Source: Gemmatimonadota bacterium (GTDB lineage Bacteria > Gemmatimonadota > Gemmatimonadetes > Gemmatimonadales > GWC2-71-9). From it: a DNA stretch of 64,000 nt. The notes below the pieces were generated by a model. It was not told where the DNA came from and did no database searches. It saw nothing but the letters and a program-made list of their open reading frames with translations. Shown here piece after piece: positions 11,698 to 20,773 of the stretch. Made by a program: the position numbers and the translations under genes. Every line of letters begins with the position of its first letter. The first letter of the stretch is position 1. The stretch is taken from positions 22,259 through 86,258 of the forward strand of contig JBDHDE010000015.1 in NCBI GenBank assembly GCA_039591655.1, written 5' to 3'.

Positions 11698-11708
11698 AGG
11701 AGACGAAG

Positions 11709-13760
11709 ATGCTTCGAGGTATCGCTTCCTGCGTGTGCGTCGTTGTCGCGACCGCGACTCTTCCCCAAGCCGCTGCGGCTCAGCAACGCCACCCCTTCAC
11801 TGTCCACGACCTGGTGTCCATGGACCGCATCGGGGATCCCCAGGTGAGCGCGGACGGCGAGTGGATCGTGTTCGTGAAGAGCTCCCTGGATCTGGAGGCC
11901 AATCGGCGGCGCAGCGATCTGTGGCTGGTGCACGCCGACGGGACGGGGCTGCGTCGGCTCACGACGGATCCAGCCGGGGACTTCAATCCCCGCTGGTCAC
12001 CCACCGGCGATGCCGTCTACTTCCTGTCGACTCGGTCGGGAAGCTCCCAGGCCTGGCGCGTCATGGTCGAGGCTGGCGGGGTCGCGCAGGTAACCGACCT
12101 GCCGTTGAGCGTCGGCAACCTGGCGCTCTCCCCGGACGGCCAGCTGCTGGCCTTCACTCTGGATGTCTTCCCCGACTGCGAGACCATCGACTGCACGGTG
12201 TCGCAGTTGCACGACCGCGAGCAGCTGGTCACCAGCGGCGTGCTGTACGAGCACATCTTCATCCGTCACTGGGACACGTGGAAGGACGGCCGGCGCTCGC
12301 ACCTGTTCGTGATGCCGGCGGCGGGCGGCGATGCGGTGGACGTGATGGCTGGGATGGACGCCGATGCGCCGTCCAAGCCCTTCGGGGGCCCCGAGGAGTT
12401 CACATTCACGCCCGACTCCCGCGGCCTGGTGTTCACCGCCCGGGTGGCCGGTCGCGAGGAGCCGTGGTCCACTGACTTCGATCTGTACTTCGTACCGATC
12501 GACGGCTCGGCGGCCCCAGAGTTGATCACGACCGAGAATCGTGCCTGGGACACGAGCCCGGTGTTCTCACCCGACGGCCGGACGCTGGCCTACCTGGCCA
12601 TGGCCCGGCCGGGGTTCGAGTCGGACCGCTTCCGCATCGTGCTGAAGCGCTGGCCCGATGGGGAGCCGCGAGTGCTCACGGAGAACTGGAACCGCTCGCC
12701 GGGAGGCTTCGTGTGGTCGCCCGACGGGCACGCGCTGTTGGCCACGGCAGGCAACATCGGCAACGTAGCTCTCTTTGCCGTGGATGGGCGCTCGGGTCGG
12801 GTGCGGGCCATCATCGACGAAGGCCATGTCCGCTCGCCCCAGTTCGCCCGGGACCGGATCGTATTCGGGCGGGATCACTTCCAGTCACCGGTGGAGCTCT
12901 ACTCGGCTCGGCCCGACGGCTCGGACATCCGTGCGATAACCCGGGTGAACGCCGATCGTCTCTCCCGGGTGCTATTGGGCGAGTCGGAGCAGTTCTCGTT
13001 CCAGGGCTGGAACGATGAGACGGTGTATGGGTGGCTGGTGAAGCCGGCGAACTTCGACCCGTCGCAGACCTACCCCGTCGCCTTTCTCATCCACGGCGGC
13101 CCCCAGGGCTCGTTCGACAACGACTTCCACTATCGCTGGAACCCGCAGATCTATACCGCGGCCGGCTACGTAGCGGTGATGATCGACTTCCACGGCTCCA
13201 CCGGCTACGGCCAGGCGTTCACCGACGCGATCACCGGCGACTACGGTGGCAAGCCTCTCGAGGACCTGCAGAAGGGACTCGCCGCCGCCCTGGCGCGCTA
13301 TCCCTGGATGGACGGCGCGCGTGTGTGCGCGTTGGGGGCCTCGTACGGTGGGTACATGATCAACTGGATTGCCGGCAACTGGCCGGACCGGTTCCGCTGC
13401 CTGGTGAACCACGACGGCATCTTCGACGAGCGGATGATGTACTACGCCACCGAGGAGCTATGGTTTCCCGAGTGGGACATGGGGGGGCCGTACTGGTTGA
13501 ATCCCGAAGGCTACGAGAAGGACAACCCCGCCAACCACGTCGACGAATGGCGGACTCCGATGCTGGTGATCCACGGGGCGCTGGACTACCGCGTGCCGCT
13601 GGAGCAGGGGATCGCCACGTTCACGGCACTCCAGCGCAAGGGTATACCCAGCCAGTTCCTGTACTATCCGGACGAGAACCACTGGGTCTTGAGCCCGGCG
13701 AACAGCATCCAGTGGCACGAGACGGTGCTGGCGTGGCTGGCGCGCTGGCTCGGAGAATAG
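11709..13760 (+). CDS. S9-family (prolyl oligopeptidase-like) dipeptidyl peptidase, exported
   Basis: Signal peptide, PD40-type propeller repeats, IHGGPQG, GASYGG nucleophile motif, DYRV and ENH. Confidence 0.92.
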   Translation: MLRGIASCVCVVVATATLPQAAAAQQRHPFTVHDLVSMDRIGDPQVSADGEWIVFVKSSLDLEANRRRSDLWLVHADGTGLRRLTTDPAGDFNPRWSPTGDAVYFLSTRSGSSQAWRVMVEAGGVAQVTDLPLSVGNLALSPDGQLLAFTLDVFPDCETIDCTVSQLHDREQLVTSGVLYEHIFIRHWDTWKDGRRSHLFVMPAAGGDAVDVMAGMDADAPSKPFGGPEEFTFTPDSRGLVFTARVAGREEPWSTDFDLYFVPIDGSAAPELITTENRAWDTSPVFSPDGRTLAYLAMARPGFESDRFRIVLKRWPDGEPRVLTENWNRSPGGFVWSPDGHALLATAGNIGNVALFAVDGRSGRVRAIIDEGHVRSPQFARDRIVFGRDHFQSPVELYSARPDGSDIRAITRVNADRLSRVLLGESEQFSFQGWNDETVYGWLVKPANFDPSQTYPVAFLIHGGPQGSFDNDFHYRWNPQIYTAAGYVAVMIDFHGSTGYGQAFTDAITGDYGGKPLEDLQKGLAAALARYPWMDGARVCALGASYGGYMINWIAGNWPDRFRCLVNHDGIFDERMMYYATEELWFPEWDMGGPYWLNPEGYEKDNPANHVDEWRTPMLVIHGALDYRVPLEQGIATFTALQRKGIPSQFLYYPDENHWVLSPANSIQWHETVLAWLARWLGE

Positions 13761-13831
13761 GATCACACCGCGGATGACGCTGGGCTGACCGGGGCGGCCG
13801 GTCTGTCGCAGCAGGGGTGACATAATTGAGA

Positions 13832-13864
13832 GAGCGGGCGGGTCACGCGAAAGACCGCCCGCTC
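13832..13864. terminator. GC-rich intergenic hairpin (possible terminator or RNA leader)
   Basis: GAGCGGGCGG(G)TC...GACCGCCCGCTC inverted repeat with no U-tract. Confidence 0.4.
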
Positions 13865-14039
13865 ATCACGTAGGCTCCGTTCTTGCGTACCCGACGACTA
13901 GAAGCTCAACGTGGCCCGGAGACGCCCTGAAGCAGGGGGGTGAGGGCTAACGAGCTGTGCCAGAGCAGCTTGCGGTATTTGAGGACCCCTGCGTCCCGGA
14001 ACCGATGTCTGCCGACCGTTGTTTCTGGTCGTGGGTCCA

Positions 14040-16400
14040 ATGGCTGACGAATTCGAGCGACTGAGGGCCGCACTGGCCGACCGCTACGCTCTCGAGCGCA
14101 TAGTGGGGCGAGGCGGAATGGCGACCGTGTACCTGGCGGAGGACATCAAGCACCGCCGGCGGGTCGCCGTGAAGGTGCTGCGTCCGGAGGTGGCGGAGGC
14201 CGTGGGCCCCGAGCGCTTTCTGCGTGAGATCGAGATCGCGGCCCAGTTGGCACATCCCCACATCCTCCCCCTGCACGACTCCGGTGGGTCCGGCGGCTTC
14301 CTGTACTACGTCATGCCCTACGTCGAGGGCGAGACCCTGCGCGAAGTTCTGCAACGCGAGCAGCGGGTTCCCCTGGAGGATGCGCTGCGCATCGCCCATC
14401 AGGTGGCGGGCGCCCTCGCCCACGCGCATCGCCAAAACTTCGTGCACCGGGACGTCAAGCCGGAGAACGTGCTGCTCTCCGAGGGCCACGCGCTGGTGGC
14501 GGACTTCGGGATCGGCAAGGCGGCGTGTGCAGCGTGTGAGGACGACCACCTCACGATCGCCGGGGTGTCCATCGGCACGCCAGCGTACATGAGTCCCGAG
14601 CAGGCGATGGGTGAGCCGGTGGATGCCCGCAGTGACATCTACAGCCTCGCGTGCGTCGTCTTCGAGATGCTCACAGGGAATCCGCCCTATCGCGGTCCCA
14701 CGCCGCAGGCCACGCTGATGAAGCACACCGTGAGTCCCATACCATCTGTGCGGGATGTCGACCAGGCGGTTCCCGCGTTCATAGACGAGGCGCTGCAGCG
14801 GGCGCTCGGCAAGGAGCCCGAGGACCGCCATTCCACTGTCGCGGAGTTCGCGGAGGCGTTGGGCACGCTGAGCCCCACCGCCGTCGGGGTCCGAGGGACC
14901 GCGCCGACGCCCATCGTGCGTGAACGGTGGCTGCCTCCATGGCGCGCGGCGGCTCTCGGTGGTGTGGCGGCCGTGGTGGCGATGCTCGGGGCGTGGTGGC
15001 TGGCGAGCGGGCCCGCCGCAGGAGCAGGGCGGGTCCGGTCGCTGGCGGTGCTTCCCCTGGCCAACCTGTCGGCCGACTCCGGGCAGGTTGCCTTCGTGGA
15101 CGGTATGCACGATGCCCTGATCGCGGAGGTAGCCCGGATCCGGGAGTTGGCGGTCATATCCCGCACGTCCGTCATGCGCTACCGGGATACCGCGACCCCG
15201 ATAGCCGAGATCGCCCGGGAGCTGGACGTGGACGCCGTGCTGGAGGGTTCGGTGTTCCGGAGCGGTGATTCCGTGCGGATCACCGCTCAGCTCATCGCGG
15301 TGGCACCGGAGCGCCACCTCTGGAGCGGCAGCTACGAGCGTGAGCTGCGCTACGTGCTCGGAGTGCACGCCGAGGTGGCGGAGGCGATTGCCGGGGAGAT
15401 CGAGGCCGAGCTGCGGCCGGGGGGAGATGCCGTGGCGGCGGACGACCGCAGCGTGGATCCGGTGGTCGTGGACCTCTACCTCGAAGGGCGATTCCACGCC
15501 TCCCGGGGCTCGGTGGACGGGTTCCGCCTTGCGATGCGGTCGTTCGAGCGCGCGATCCATCTAGACCCGCAGTTTGCGCCGGCGTACTCCGCCATCGCGC
15601 TGTCGATCCATCTCCTGGGGTTCTACGGCGGCATGCCGCGGCGGGTGGCGGAGCCCCGGGCAAAGGCCATGGCGCAGCGGGCCCTGGCCCTCGACAGCGG
15701 GCTGGCCGAGGCGCGCGCGGTCCTGGCGGGAATCCGGGCCATGTACGAGTGGGATTTCGCCGGTGCGGAGCGTGACTACCGCTTGGCGGTTGCCCTGGAC
15801 CCCAGCTCTCCCATTGCCCGGCAGTGGCACGCGTACTTCCTGACATCCGTGGCGCAGCACGATGAGGCGGTGGCCGAGGCGGGTCGCGCGCTCGCGCTGG
15901 ATCCCTTCAACCCGACCGCCAGGGTGGTGCTCGCAGACCAGTTGGTGCATGCACGGCGGTACGGTGAAGCCATCATCGAGCTGGAACGGGTGCTCGAGCA
16001 GGCGCCGGATTTCCGGAGGGCCCGTGGGCTACTGGAGGACACGTACGCCCTGGCCGGCGACTACGACGCAGCCGTTGCGGTGCGGCGGGCCGACCCGGAT
16101 GCCGAGGGAGGCGATCCGGCTGCCCTGTCGATGGCCGACCGCGGAGCGGATGCGTCGAGGTACTGGCGCTGGCGACTCGCCGAGCTCGAGCGCACCGCTG
16201 CGCTGCGCTACGTGCCGCCCCACCGGTTCGCCAGGGTGCTGGCGGCCCTGGGGGAGTCTGAGGCTGCCCTGGATTGGCTCGACCAGGCCTACGAGGAGCG
16301 GGATCAGATGGAGCTCTTGAAGGTCTCGCCGTACTACGACTCTCTTCGGTCCCATCCGCGCTTCCGGGAGCTCCTCGAGCGGGTGGGGCTGTCCGACTGA
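14040..16400 (+). CDS. Ser/Thr protein kinase with TM, TolB-N-like and TPR domains
   Basis: GRGGMATVY, VAVK, HRDVKPEN, DFG and GTPAYMSPEQ; then a TM, SLAVLPLANL domain and TPR-like helices. Confidence 0.92.
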   Translation: MADEFERLRAALADRYALERIVGRGGMATVYLAEDIKHRRRVAVKVLRPEVAEAVGPERFLREIEIAAQLAHPHILPLHDSGGSGGFLYYVMPYVEGETLREVLQREQRVPLEDALRIAHQVAGALAHAHRQNFVHRDVKPENVLLSEGHALVADFGIGKAACAACEDDHLTIAGVSIGTPAYMSPEQAMGEPVDARSDIYSLACVVFEMLTGNPPYRGPTPQATLMKHTVSPIPSVRDVDQAVPAFIDEALQRALGKEPEDRHSTVAEFAEALGTLSPTAVGVRGTAPTPIVRERWLPPWRAAALGGVAAVVAMLGAWWLASGPAAGAGRVRSLAVLPLANLSADSGQVAFVDGMHDALIAEVARIRELAVISRTSVMRYRDTATPIAEIARELDVDAVLEGSVFRSGDSVRITAQLIAVAPERHLWSGSYERELRYVLGVHAEVAEAIAGEIEAELRPGGDAVAADDRSVDPVVVDLYLEGRFHASRGSVDGFRLAMRSFERAIHLDPQFAPAYSAIALSIHLLGFYGGMPRRVAEPRAKAMAQRALALDSGLAEARAVLAGIRAMYEWDFAGAERDYRLAVALDPSSPIARQWHAYFLTSVAQHDEAVAEAGRALALDPFNPTARVVLADQLVHARRYGEAIIELERVLEQAPDFRRARGLLEDTYALAGDYDAAVAVRRADPDAEGGDPAALSMADRGADASRYWRWRLAELERTAALRYVPPHRFARVLAALGESEAALDWLDQAYEERDQMELLKVSPYYDSLRSHPRFRELLERVGLSD

Positions 16401-16411
16401 CGGTCCGCCCG

Positions 16412-17005
16412 CTACTGGCCGGGCTCGGCGGCAGGCCGTCCCCGGCCGGTCCAGTACACCAGCGCCACGAAGTCGTACAGGGCGTGCGCCACAATGGCCG
16501 GCAACAGGTTGCCAGTGGCCATGGTGATCGCGCCGAGGTAGAGACCCAGGACCCCCGCCAGCAGGGCATATGTCGGGGTCACCAGGTGTGTGAGCCCGAA
16601 GAGCAAGCTGGCTCCCAGGAGTCCCACCGCGGGGTGAACCGCCTCACCCAACGCCGTCTGGATCACGCCCCGGAAGAGCGCCTCCTCGCCCACGCCCGCG
16701 GCCAGGGACACGAGGGCTAGGGCCAGGGGTGGGCATCCGGCGAAGAGGGGCGCGACGGTCTCCTCGATCTCCCGGGAGAGGCGGCGCAGCGGCTCCCACG
16801 GCAAGTCGGCCACCAGGTGCATGGCGATCAGGAGAGGCACCGTGGCTGCCACACCCCAGGCGGCGGCTCGCCAAGTGAGGCCCAGCGCTCCAAGAGCCGG
16901 AGTGCCGAGGATCCAACCCAGCGCCCATGCCACCCCCAGGAGCCCCCCTTCGAAGGCGACAGCCAGTGGGGCGATTGTGCAAGCGAGCCTGCGAGTTAGC
17001 GACAC
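16412..17005 (-). CDS. CPBP (Abi) family intramembrane metalloprotease
   Basis: EEALFRG, FGLTH and AHALYD motifs. Confidence 0.88.
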   Translation of the reverse strand: MSLTRRLACTIAPLAVAFEGGLLGVAWALGWILGTPALGALGLTWRAAAWGVAATVPLLIAMHLVADLPWEPLRRLSREIEETVAPLFAGCPPLALALVSLAAGVGEEALFRGVIQTALGEAVHPAVGLLGASLLFGLTHLVTPTYALLAGVLGLYLGAITMATGNLLPAIVAHALYDFVALVYWTGRGRPAAEPGQ

Positions 17006-17169
17006 CCCGACACGGTAGCGCGCCGCCCAGGGCTCGGGAAGGCGGAGACCGCGCCGGGGTTGCGGCCCGCCTCCGTGCGGCGAGATTGGAGCGCTGGGAG
17101 TCGTCGTCGTGGGGTGCAGGTTGTCGGGATGGGTGGTCCGAATCCCTTACGCCGGGGAGGGACGCAGAC

Positions 17170-18240
17170 ATGAGGCATGCAGTGGTTCTCATGGTGGTCG
17201 TCGCGGCGCTGGCGCCGGCATCCGCAGGGGCCCAGGAGCAGGCCCCGGACTCCGGTCGCAGGGCGGCGCCCCTCTTTGTCTCGCAGGGCATCCTGGAGTT
17301 GCGACTGGAGGCTCCCCTCACCAGTGTCCTCCGGGACCGCGGCAGCCGTAATCCGCGGGAGGCCACGCTGAGCTACGAGGATCCCGCGTCCGGGCCGGTG
17401 GCGCTCCCCGTCACGGTCCGAATGTATGGCAACTTCCGCGCCGATCCCGACAACTGTGATTTCCCGCCGCTGCGCATGGACCTCGATTCGACCCAGGCCA
17501 CGCAGACGGCGTTCGCCGGCCTGGACAAGCTCAGGCTCGTCGCCCACTGCCGGGACGGTGAACCGGAATATGAGCAGTACGTGCTCCGTGAGTACCTGGC
17601 GTACCGGATCTACAACCTGCTGACCGAGGTGAGCGTGCGCGCGCGCCTCGTCCACGTCACGTACGTGGACACGGAGAGTCGGCGGGCGACGCTCACCCGC
17701 TACGCCTTCTTCGTGGAGGACTACAACGATACCGCGGCGCGGAACGGCTGGCAGGTCCTGCCGGTGAAGAACGTGGCGCCTACTCAGTACGATCAGCAGC
17801 AACTCAGCCTGTTCGAGGTGTTCCAATACCTCATCGCCAACACCGACTGGGCCGTCGTGGCGGGCGAGCCGGGAGCGGACTGGTGCTGTCACAATGCCGT
17901 GCCGGTCGGGACATGGGCGGGCCCGGTGCTGCCCCTGCCGTTCGACTTCGACTGGTCGGGCATCGTGAACGCCCGCTACGCCAGTCCGAGCTCCCGACTC
18001 CGCATCCCGTCGGTGCGGGTGCGGCGTTTCTGGGGCCTGTGCCGGCCGCAGGACGAGCTCGAAGCGGTCTTCCCACTGTTCGAGGATCGTCGGGAAGCGA
18101 TCTACGACCTGTTTCGGAACCAGGACGGCCTCGACTCACGCTATCTGCGGGAGACGCTGGAGTACCTCGACGAGTTCTACGCCGTCCTAGGGGATTCCGA
18201 GGCCGTCAATAAGGAGATGACCCGCCGGTGCCGGGGGTGA
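17170..18240 (+). CDS. Exported CotH-like atypical kinase-fold protein (paralog 1)
   Basis: Signal peptide (AGA-Q); CDFPPLR, KLRLVAHC, EYLAY, FQYLIANTDW, CCHN and PFDFD. ORF is certain; fold assignment is inferred. Confidence 0.65.
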   Translation: MRHAVVLMVVVAALAPASAGAQEQAPDSGRRAAPLFVSQGILELRLEAPLTSVLRDRGSRNPREATLSYEDPASGPVALPVTVRMYGNFRADPDNCDFPPLRMDLDSTQATQTAFAGLDKLRLVAHCRDGEPEYEQYVLREYLAYRIYNLLTEVSVRARLVHVTYVDTESRRATLTRYAFFVEDYNDTAARNGWQVLPVKNVAPTQYDQQQLSLFEVFQYLIANTDWAVVAGEPGADWCCHNAVPVGTWAGPVLPLPFDFDWSGIVNARYASPSSRLRIPSVRVRRFWGLCRPQDELEAVFPLFEDRREAIYDLFRNQDGLDSRYLRETLEYLDEFYAVLGDSEAVNKEMTRRCRG

Positions 18241-18286
18241 AGCGCTGATCCGGGTGGGGAGCGGCCGCCGCCGCGACCGCCGGGCG

Positions 18287-19396
18287 ATGGCCTTCCTGGG
18301 CTGTCGAGGGTGGGGGTGGATGGTCGGATCGGTCCTGTTGCTGGCGGTCGGGACGGCGTGCCCCGTGGCTGGGCAGCAGGTGCAGCGCCCGCTCGAGGGC
18401 GAGACCGCTGCACCGGCTCCGCTGTTCGCGTCGCACGAGGTGCTCACCCTGAATCTCGAGGCGCCACTGGCGTCGCTCCGGGACGACCGGGGTGAGGACC
18501 CTCCGGAGCGGGACGCGGTGTTGATGTACTTCGACGGTCTGGGGCAGCCCGTGCGGCTGGACGTGCAGCTCCGCACACGAGGCCACACCCGACTGCTCCG
18601 CCAGATCTGCGACTTTCCTCCCCTGCGGGTGAACTTCCGCCGGAGCCAGGTCGAGGGCACGGTCTTCGAGGGCCAGAACAAGCTCAAGCTGGTCACCCAC
18701 TGCCAGGATCGCCAACTCGAGTACCAGCAGTACGTGCTGCTGGAGTACCTCGTGTACCGCGCGTATGGCCTCTTCACCGAGGCGGGCTTCCGGGTACGCC
18801 TAGCGTGGATCACGTACCTGGACCCGGATACGGAGCGCGATCCCTACTCCCGGTTCGCCTTCTTCATCGAGGAAGAGGAAGACCTGGCGGAGCGGAACGG
18901 CTGGGAGGTGATCAAGGTCGAGAGGATCCATCCGTACGACCTACAGGCCGGCCAGCTGCGCCTCTTCGAGGTGTTCCAGTACTTGATCGGCAACACCGAT
19001 TGGTCCGTGGTGGCGCGGGAGCGGGGCAAGACCTGGTGCTGCCACAACGCTCGGGTGATCGGCAACCTGGCCGGGGTGGCGCTGCCGGTGCCGTACGACT
19101 TCGACATGGCCGGCATCATCGATACGCGATACGCGACGGCGGATACGAGCCTGGGTATTCACAGCGTGCGGCAGCGCCAGTTCATGGGGTTTTGCGCGCC
19201 GCGGGAGGAGCTCGAGGCGGTTTTCTCGTTGTTCAACGAGCGGCGAGAGGCTGTCTACGCCGTCTTCCGAGATCAGGCCGGGTTGAGCGAGCGGAGCGTG
19301 CGTCGCACGATGGGGTATCTGGACGATTTCTACGACATCATCAACGACCCGGGCGCCGTCACGCGAGAGATGATCGAGCCCTGCCGCGAGCTATGA
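18287..19396 (+). CDS. Exported CotH-like atypical kinase-fold protein (paralog 2)
   Basis: Same motif series as the upstream gene: RG..R, CDFPPLR, KLKLVTHC, EYLVY, FQYLIGNTDW, CCHN, PYDFD. Start may be 18320. Confidence 0.65.
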   Translation: MAFLGCRGWGWMVGSVLLLAVGTACPVAGQQVQRPLEGETAAPAPLFASHEVLTLNLEAPLASLRDDRGEDPPERDAVLMYFDGLGQPVRLDVQLRTRGHTRLLRQICDFPPLRVNFRRSQVEGTVFEGQNKLKLVTHCQDRQLEYQQYVLLEYLVYRAYGLFTEAGFRVRLAWITYLDPDTERDPYSRFAFFIEEEEDLAERNGWEVIKVERIHPYDLQAGQLRLFEVFQYLIGNTDWSVVARERGKTWCCHNARVIGNLAGVALPVPYDFDMAGIIDTRYATADTSLGIHSVRQRQFMGFCAPREELEAVFSLFNERREAVYAVFRDQAGLSERSVRRTMGYLDDFYDIINDPGAVTREMIEPCREL

Positions 19397-20158
19397 TCGG
19401 CCGGCTGCGGCCTCCAGTCCCGACCGGTTGCGGATCGTGATGGTGCGGCGGGAGACCTCCACGAGTTCCTGACCGCCCGAGGGACGCCCCGTGCGCGGGG
19501 ACCGGCGGCGGTTGGGAATAGTCATCGTCTGCCGCGTGACCTCCACGAGCCCCTGAGTGGTCAGATCGCCCATCGCCCGGGATACCGTCTCGCGGCTCGA
19601 GCCCACCATCTGCGCGATGAGGTGGTGGGTGAGCTGCTGGGAGATGTGCACGCCGTCGTTCTGGTCGGCCAGATCGAGGAGCAGGCCGGCCACCCGAGCA
19701 GGCACGTCCTGGAGCACGAGGCTGCTGATCTTGCTGTCCGCCTGGCGGAGGCGCTTGCAGAATGCCCGCAGGAGACCGAACGCCACTTGCGGCATCTCCT
19801 CCAGACACCGCTGGAAGTCCTCACGGTGCAGAATCAGCAACTCGGAGTCTTCCATGGCGATGACGTTGGCCGAGACCGGCTGGTCGTCGATCAGCGACAT
19901 CTCGCCAAAGAAGTCCCCTTTGGTGCGGGTGGAGAGGATGACCTCCCGCCCGTCCTCGGCCGTGAGCACGATCTTGACCTGACCCGACAGCACCACGTAG
20001 AGCGCCTCACCAGGGCGGTCCTCGAACGCGATGATGCTGTTGCGGGCGTACGCGCGGGTATGGGCTGCCTCGGCGATCTTTTGAAGATCGCCTCCGCGGA
20101 GCTGTGTGAACAGCGGAACGTCTCGTAGAGCGTCGGAGACTGTAGCAGTGTTCGTCAT
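19391..20158 (-). CDS. Crp/Fnr family transcriptional regulator
   Basis: cNMP domain (GDFFGEMSL) and HTH (IAQMVGSSRETVSR). Confidence 0.9.
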   Translation of the reverse strand: MTNTATVSDALRDVPLFTQLRGGDLQKIAEAAHTRAYARNSIIAFEDRPGEALYVVLSGQVKIVLTAEDGREVILSTRTKGDFFGEMSLIDDQPVSANVIAMEDSELLILHREDFQRCLEEMPQVAFGLLRAFCKRLRQADSKISSLVLQDVPARVAGLLLDLADQNDGVHISQQLTHHLIAQMVGSSRETVSRAMGDLTTQGLVEVTRQTMTIPNRRRSPRTGRPSGGQELVEVSRRTITIRNRSGLEAAAGRS

Positions 20159-20314
20159 AGTAGACTCGGCTGCTGTCGCGTCAAGCTAAAGCGAGCCGGG
20201 CCGTAGGTCAATCACCTCGGCGGCGGATGTTGCCCCGGCGCATCACCGGGGCTCGACATCGAGCCCCTCAATCTGAATAATGGGGCGGCTCACCAGGGAG
20301 GGGGGAGGCCCAGC

Positions 20315-20755
20315 ATGACCGAGATCAAGTTCCGGGTCACCGGGTGGAAGGCCGTCATCGTGCTGATCGCCGTGGCGGCCTTCCTTGGCTACCGGTACAA
20401 TGCGCTGCGGACTACGCTCGCCACGGAGGCTGCCGATGAGCTGCGGTTTTGGCTCGCCGCCGAGTACATGGCGCAGGGCCTCCCGACGCTGGAGGAGGCC
20501 CTGGAGCGCGGCGACGAAGCCGCAGCCGAGCTCCAGGCGCGGGAAATCGTTGCCCGGGACCGTATCGAGTTTCCCCAGCTCAGCGCCCGGGGAGACCCGG
20601 AGGACGTGGTGGTCCGGGCCGAGATCCTGGTGGATGGCGGGACCCCTCCGGATGGCCGGAGCGTGCGCTACTTTCGCATGCGGCACTCGATGGTGACCGG
20701 GTGGCGCATGCGGTACGAAGCACACGCGGTCTCGTACTACCTGAAGTTCTTCTAG
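20315..20755 (+). CDS. Hypothetical membrane-anchored protein
   Basis: 146-aa ORF with strong GGAGG RBS and one N-terminal TM. Confidence 0.7.
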   Translation: MTEIKFRVTGWKAVIVLIAVAAFLGYRYNALRTTLATEAADELRFWLAAEYMAQGLPTLEEALERGDEAAAELQAREIVARDRIEFPQLSARGDPEDVVVRAEILVDGGTPPDGRSVRYFRMRHSMVTGWRMRYEAHAVSYYLKFF

Positions 20756-20773
20756 CGGTCGGACCGCCCCGCC

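Noticed and set aside
13841..13860. GGTCACGC...GAAA resembling the start of a c-di-GMP-I riboswitch
   Set aside because: The downstream conserved elements and second stem are not recognisable; a simple hairpin explains it.
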